From NCBI GenBank assembly GCA_018262715.1, contig JADFDS010000011.1:39760-103759 (forward strand): 64,000 nt of DNA, in the 5' to 3' direction. Under the pieces are notes generated by a model. The model saw only the letters and a list, made by a program, of their open reading frames with translations, had not been told where the DNA came from and ran no database searches. Positions 60,875 to 64,000 of the stretch are shown one piece after another (positions within the stretch are counted from its first letter, which is position 1; each line of letters opens with the position of its first letter). This DNA is from Bacteroidota bacterium. GTDB lineage: Bacteria; Bacteroidota; Bacteroidia; Bacteroidales; VadinHA17. Position numbers and translations under genes: made by a program.

Positions 60875-63782
60875 AAGGAGGTTTATCTCAGGAAGCGCCC
60901 TCGCTGCTGCCGGATGGCTTGCGGCACCACGTCTGCAGGCGATGCCCTGGTCACCTGACGGAGGCCGCGTTCCCCTTCCGGCATCCTCCATCCCGGCATC
61001 CCTGACATTTTCCGGCAACGGGCTATGGGAGTCATTCCGCGATCCTTCCGGCAATTATCGTCCCTTCGTCAGATGGTGGTGGAATGGTAACAGGGTCGAG
61101 GCAGGGGAGCTCATCAGGGAAATGCACCTTCTGAAGGCGGCAGGAATAGGAGGTGTTGAGATAAACCCTGTGGCATTCCCATCCCGTTTTGACGGCGACG
61201 ATCTTGGGAAGCCTTCACTGGAGTGGCCGGGCGGGGAGTGGAGCAATATGCTGAATGTTGTATTCGCCGAGGCGAAACGGCTTGAGATGACCTGCGATCT
61301 GATTGTCGGTTCCGGATGGCCTTTCGGTGCAGAGAATACAGCTGAAGAGGAGAGGTCACAGATAGTTGTTGTCGCCGTCCGGAAGGTCAGCGGACCGTCA
61401 GAGTTATTGATATCACGGGATGAGATCTTTCTCGAGGCCGGCCCTGCCATAAGTAATTCGTGGCCTGGTAAAAAGTATTCTCTGCTTTCTATGGTGCTTA
61501 CGCCTGACCCGCTCAGTTCAACGGATGAGATAACAGATCTTTCAGACAGGACTGGTGAGGAGTTCTTCGATCTTTTCATACCTGAGGGGAATCATGCGCT
61601 CTATGCGCTGGTGCAGGTCACCGGTTTCATGCAGGTGATCAACGGAGCTCCGGGTGCAAGCGGCCCGGTGCTCGACCACTACAACAGACATGCTGTCAGC
61701 CGGTTCCTCAACAGGATGTCAGACTCCATTGAGCCTGTGACCGGGCCTCTTTCAATGCATCTCCGTGCCCTCTTCACTGACAGCATGGAACTCGAGGGTT
61801 CCAACTGGACCGGTGACATGAGGGAGGAGTTTTTCAGAAGGAGGGGTTATGACATCTTCCCCTTCCTGCCATTTGTACTGTTCAGGACGGGCTCCATGGG
61901 CAATGTCACAGATTTCAGGTACGGAGTGGAGTACGGTCCTGCTTTCACGGAGATGATCCGCCGCATGCGGTTTGATTTTGAGACGACGAAGGCGGAGCTT
62001 CTTGAGGAGCGGTTCATGCAGGGCTTTACCGGATGGTGCAGAGACCTGGGGGTCAGATCACGCATGCAGGCTTACGGAAGAGGCTTTTTCCCTCTGGAGA
62101 GCAGCATGGCCGTGGATATTCCCGAAGGGGAGTCATGGACCATGAACTGGCTGAAGCACAGGATAGGGGAAGAGATGCCGGAAAGTGACTACCGTCGCGG
62201 CAGGGCCTACACAATGGTCAACAAGTACGTTTCATCCGCTGCTCACCTGACCGGCAAAAGGGTGATCAGCTGCGAGGAGATGACCGACACGTATACTGTC
62301 TTCAACACCTCTCTTGAAAACCTTAAGGTTGGCAGTGACCAGAGCATTATTTCCGGGGTGACGCACTCGGTATTCCACGGATTCAATTACTCACCGCCCG
62401 GGGCTCCCTGGCCGGGATGGATAAGGTACGGAGGCTATTTCAATGAGAACAACAACTGGTGGCCTCATTTTCACCTCCTGAATCAGTACAAGGCCAGGCT
62501 GTCGGCGCTGCTGCAGAACTGTGACATGTATGCCGATATTGCATTGTTGCCGCCAATGGCGGACATGTGGAGCCTCATCGGGATGCAGAATGAGCCGTTC
62601 CCTTCGGTGCTGCATGCCGAACATCTCTCACTGGTATGGGAGGCGATAGCTAAAAACGGCAGCGGTTGCGATTATATCTCGGAAAGAATCCTCCGGGATG
62701 CCACGGTTGAGGGAAGAAAGCTCTGCTACGGTCCCCGGAAGTACAATTCATTATTCCTGATCAGCGTGGAGAGCCTCTCTCCTGAGAGCGCACGCAAGCT
62801 GCTGGAGTTTGTGAGATCGGGAGGCAGGGTATTCTGCCTGGAAACGGTGCCTTCGAAATCAACCGGGTGGTGCAACCATGAAAGAAATGATGGTGAAGTG
62901 AGGATCATTGTTGAAAAGATGAAAGCATATCCGCATCGGTTCATTTATCTTGAAAAGCCTGAAAATGACTATATAGGATGGTACAGGACTGTTCAGGAGC
63001 GGTACCGGATTGATCCATGGATCAGGATTGACACACCGGATCCTTTCCTTATGCAGGTAAGATACAGTGCTGATGACGGATCTGAGTACATTTTTATGAT
63101 CAATTCGCATCTTCATGAATCACGCGCCACACGGGTGCATTTCTCCGCCGGGCTGACCCGCAGGCACCACTGCTCCGTATGGAACCCGGAGACGGGAGAG
63201 AGAAAACGGGTGAACCTTGATCCGGATGGCAGCATCCCGCTCGATCTCGGCCCGGCAGATTCGCTTCTTTTTGTCTTTGACCGGGAGAAAGCAGAGGAGG
63301 AGTGGAGGCCGGTAGCTGAGACCGGAAGGGATACGCATCTGCTCGATAAAGACTGGACTGCTGAATTCAGACACTGCCGCGACGGCTCGGTCAAGGAGGT
63401 GATGATGGACCGGCTGACAGACCTGAAGGATTTGCCTGAGTTCGTACATTTTTCCGGGACGGTGACATACCGTACCACTCTGGAATGCAATGCTCCGGAT
63501 GAGATGATTCTCAACCTCGGAAAGGTGTACGGAACTTCTGAGCTGAAGATAAACGGAGTAAGCTGCGGTGTAAAATGGTACGGCCGGAGGATCTTCAACA
63601 TCGAAAAATACCTGAAGACGGGGATGAACACAGTGGAGGTGGTGGTCACCACCTCCATGGGAAATTACATGAAATCACTGACTGACAATCCCATTGCACA
63701 GTACTGGACGAATGCCGGGACAAAAAACCAGCCCCTGCAGCCGATGGGAATGACTGGACCTGTCAGTTGCTATAAAAGATGA
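60867..63782 (+). CDS. TAT-exported large glycoside hydrolase (GH106 / GH2-sugar-binding-like, uncertain family)
   Basis: Twin-arginine signal MDRRRFISGSALAAAG. YRPFVRWWWNGNRV...GIGGVEINPV is a motif I associate with GH106-type rhamnosidase-like proteins. The C-terminal region looks like a galactose-binding domain. The start overlaps the LigT stop by 8 nt. Confidence 0.55.
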   Translation: MDRRRFISGSALAAAGWLAAPRLQAMPWSPDGGRVPLPASSIPASLTFSGNGLWESFRDPSGNYRPFVRWWWNGNRVEAGELIREMHLLKAAGIGGVEINPVAFPSRFDGDDLGKPSLEWPGGEWSNMLNVVFAEAKRLEMTCDLIVGSGWPFGAENTAEEERSQIVVVAVRKVSGPSELLISRDEIFLEAGPAISNSWPGKKYSLLSMVLTPDPLSSTDEITDLSDRTGEEFFDLFIPEGNHALYALVQVTGFMQVINGAPGASGPVLDHYNRHAVSRFLNRMSDSIEPVTGPLSMHLRALFTDSMELEGSNWTGDMREEFFRRRGYDIFPFLPFVLFRTGSMGNVTDFRYGVEYGPAFTEMIRRMRFDFETTKAELLEERFMQGFTGWCRDLGVRSRMQAYGRGFFPLESSMAVDIPEGESWTMNWLKHRIGEEMPESDYRRGRAYTMVNKYVSSAAHLTGKRVISCEEMTDTYTVFNTSLENLKVGSDQSIISGVTHSVFHGFNYSPPGAPWPGWIRYGGYFNENNNWWPHFHLLNQYKARLSALLQNCDMYADIALLPPMADMWSLIGMQNEPFPSVLHAEHLSLVWEAIAKNGSGCDYISERILRDATVEGRKLCYGPRKYNSLFLISVESLSPESARKLLEFVRSGGRVFCLETVPSKSTGWCNHERNDGEVRIIVEKMKAYPHRFIYLEKPENDYIGWYRTVQERYRIDPWIRIDTPDPFLMQVRYSADDGSEYIFMINSHLHESRATRVHFSAGLTRRHHCSVWNPETGERKRVNLDPDGSIPLDLGPADSLLFVFDREKAEEEWRPVAETGRDTHLLDKDWTAEFRHCRDGSVKEVMMDRLTDLKDLPEFVHFSGTVTYRTTLECNAPDEMILNLGKVYGTSELKINGVSCGVKWYGRRIFNIEKYLKTGMNTVEVVVTTSMGNYMKSLTDNPIAQYWTNAGTKNQPLQPMGMTGPVSCYKR

Positions 63783-63783
63783 T

Positions 63784-64000
63784 ATGAAAAAAGGCACGAT
63801 CTTATTGCTGGCAGCCCTGGCGGCTGTCTCGGTTCCGCTTCATTCGAAGGACTACAACGCATCGATGTTTGGCGCAAAGTCAAACGGGACGACACTCAAC
63901 ACCAGTTCAATCCAGAAGGGGATTGACTATATAAGTGAAAATGGCGGCGGCCGCCTGGTCTTCTATGTAGGGCGGTACCTGACAGGAACGATTTATCTCA
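63784..64000 (+). CDS. Glycoside hydrolase family 28 (polygalacturonase-like), N-terminal part; the 3' end lies outside the window
   Basis: Signal peptide, then YNASMFGAKSNGTTLNTSSIQKGIDYISENGGGRLVFYVGRYLTGTIYL, the typical GH28 N-terminal pattern. Confidence 0.7.
   Translation, partial: MKKGTILLLAALAAVSVPLHSKDYNASMFGAKSNGTTLNTSSIQKGIDYISENGGGRLVFYVGRYLTGTIYL

Noticed and set aside
61055-63658. Several minus-strand ORFs (174 aa, 181 aa and 109 aa) inside the 971-aa glycosidase gene
   Set aside because: They are shadow ORFs of a long GC-rich gene. Their translations are Ser/Arg/Pro-rich with no motifs.

Overview
This looks like a chromosomal segment of a Bacteroidota genome. Support for that: two T9SS C-terminal sorting domains (type A in the CotH protein, type B in the 843-aa adhesin), many lipoprotein signal peptides, TAnnTTTG -7 promoter boxes, and mostly no Shine-Dalgarno sequences. 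GC counted by hand on sampled 60-nt lines is about 48-57%. I call about 60 protein genes, 2 tRNAs (Gln-TTG, Asn-GTT) and one 47-aa gene that is missing from the ORF track. Housekeeping genes are efp, tsaB, class II fructose-bisphosphate aldolase and P5C dehydrogenase. Cation-transport genes are numerous: KefB-like CPA2, NhaP2-like CPA1, TrkH, a KdpD/KdpE-like two-component pair, NhaA and an OadB-type Na+ pump subunit. Exported hydrolases include GH16, GH20, a partial GH28, a TAT-exported glycosidase, an S8 peptidase and an M28 peptidase. There is also an orphan TolC/adaptor pair. I found no CRISPR array, integrase, transposase, toxin-antitoxin pair or recognisable defence system, so I cannot point to one clearly novel system. 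The observations most worth a second look are: (1) a three-gene lipid operon (GlsA-like O-acyltransferase, CDP-alcohol phosphatidyltransferase, 374-aa GNAT-like protein); (2) a low-GC islet of about 5 kb next to tRNA-Asn, with exported HExxH and propeller proteins but no mobility genes; (3) a 15-copy octanucleotide array abutting a promoter-like box upstream of the S8 protease gene; (4) a PadR regulator flanked by two paralogous PspC-type membrane proteins; (5) a 5'-nucleotidase with a ThiS-like N-terminal extension; (6) an SDR with no YxxxK catalytic motif. All product calls come from motif recognition by eye and need HMM or BLAST confirmation.
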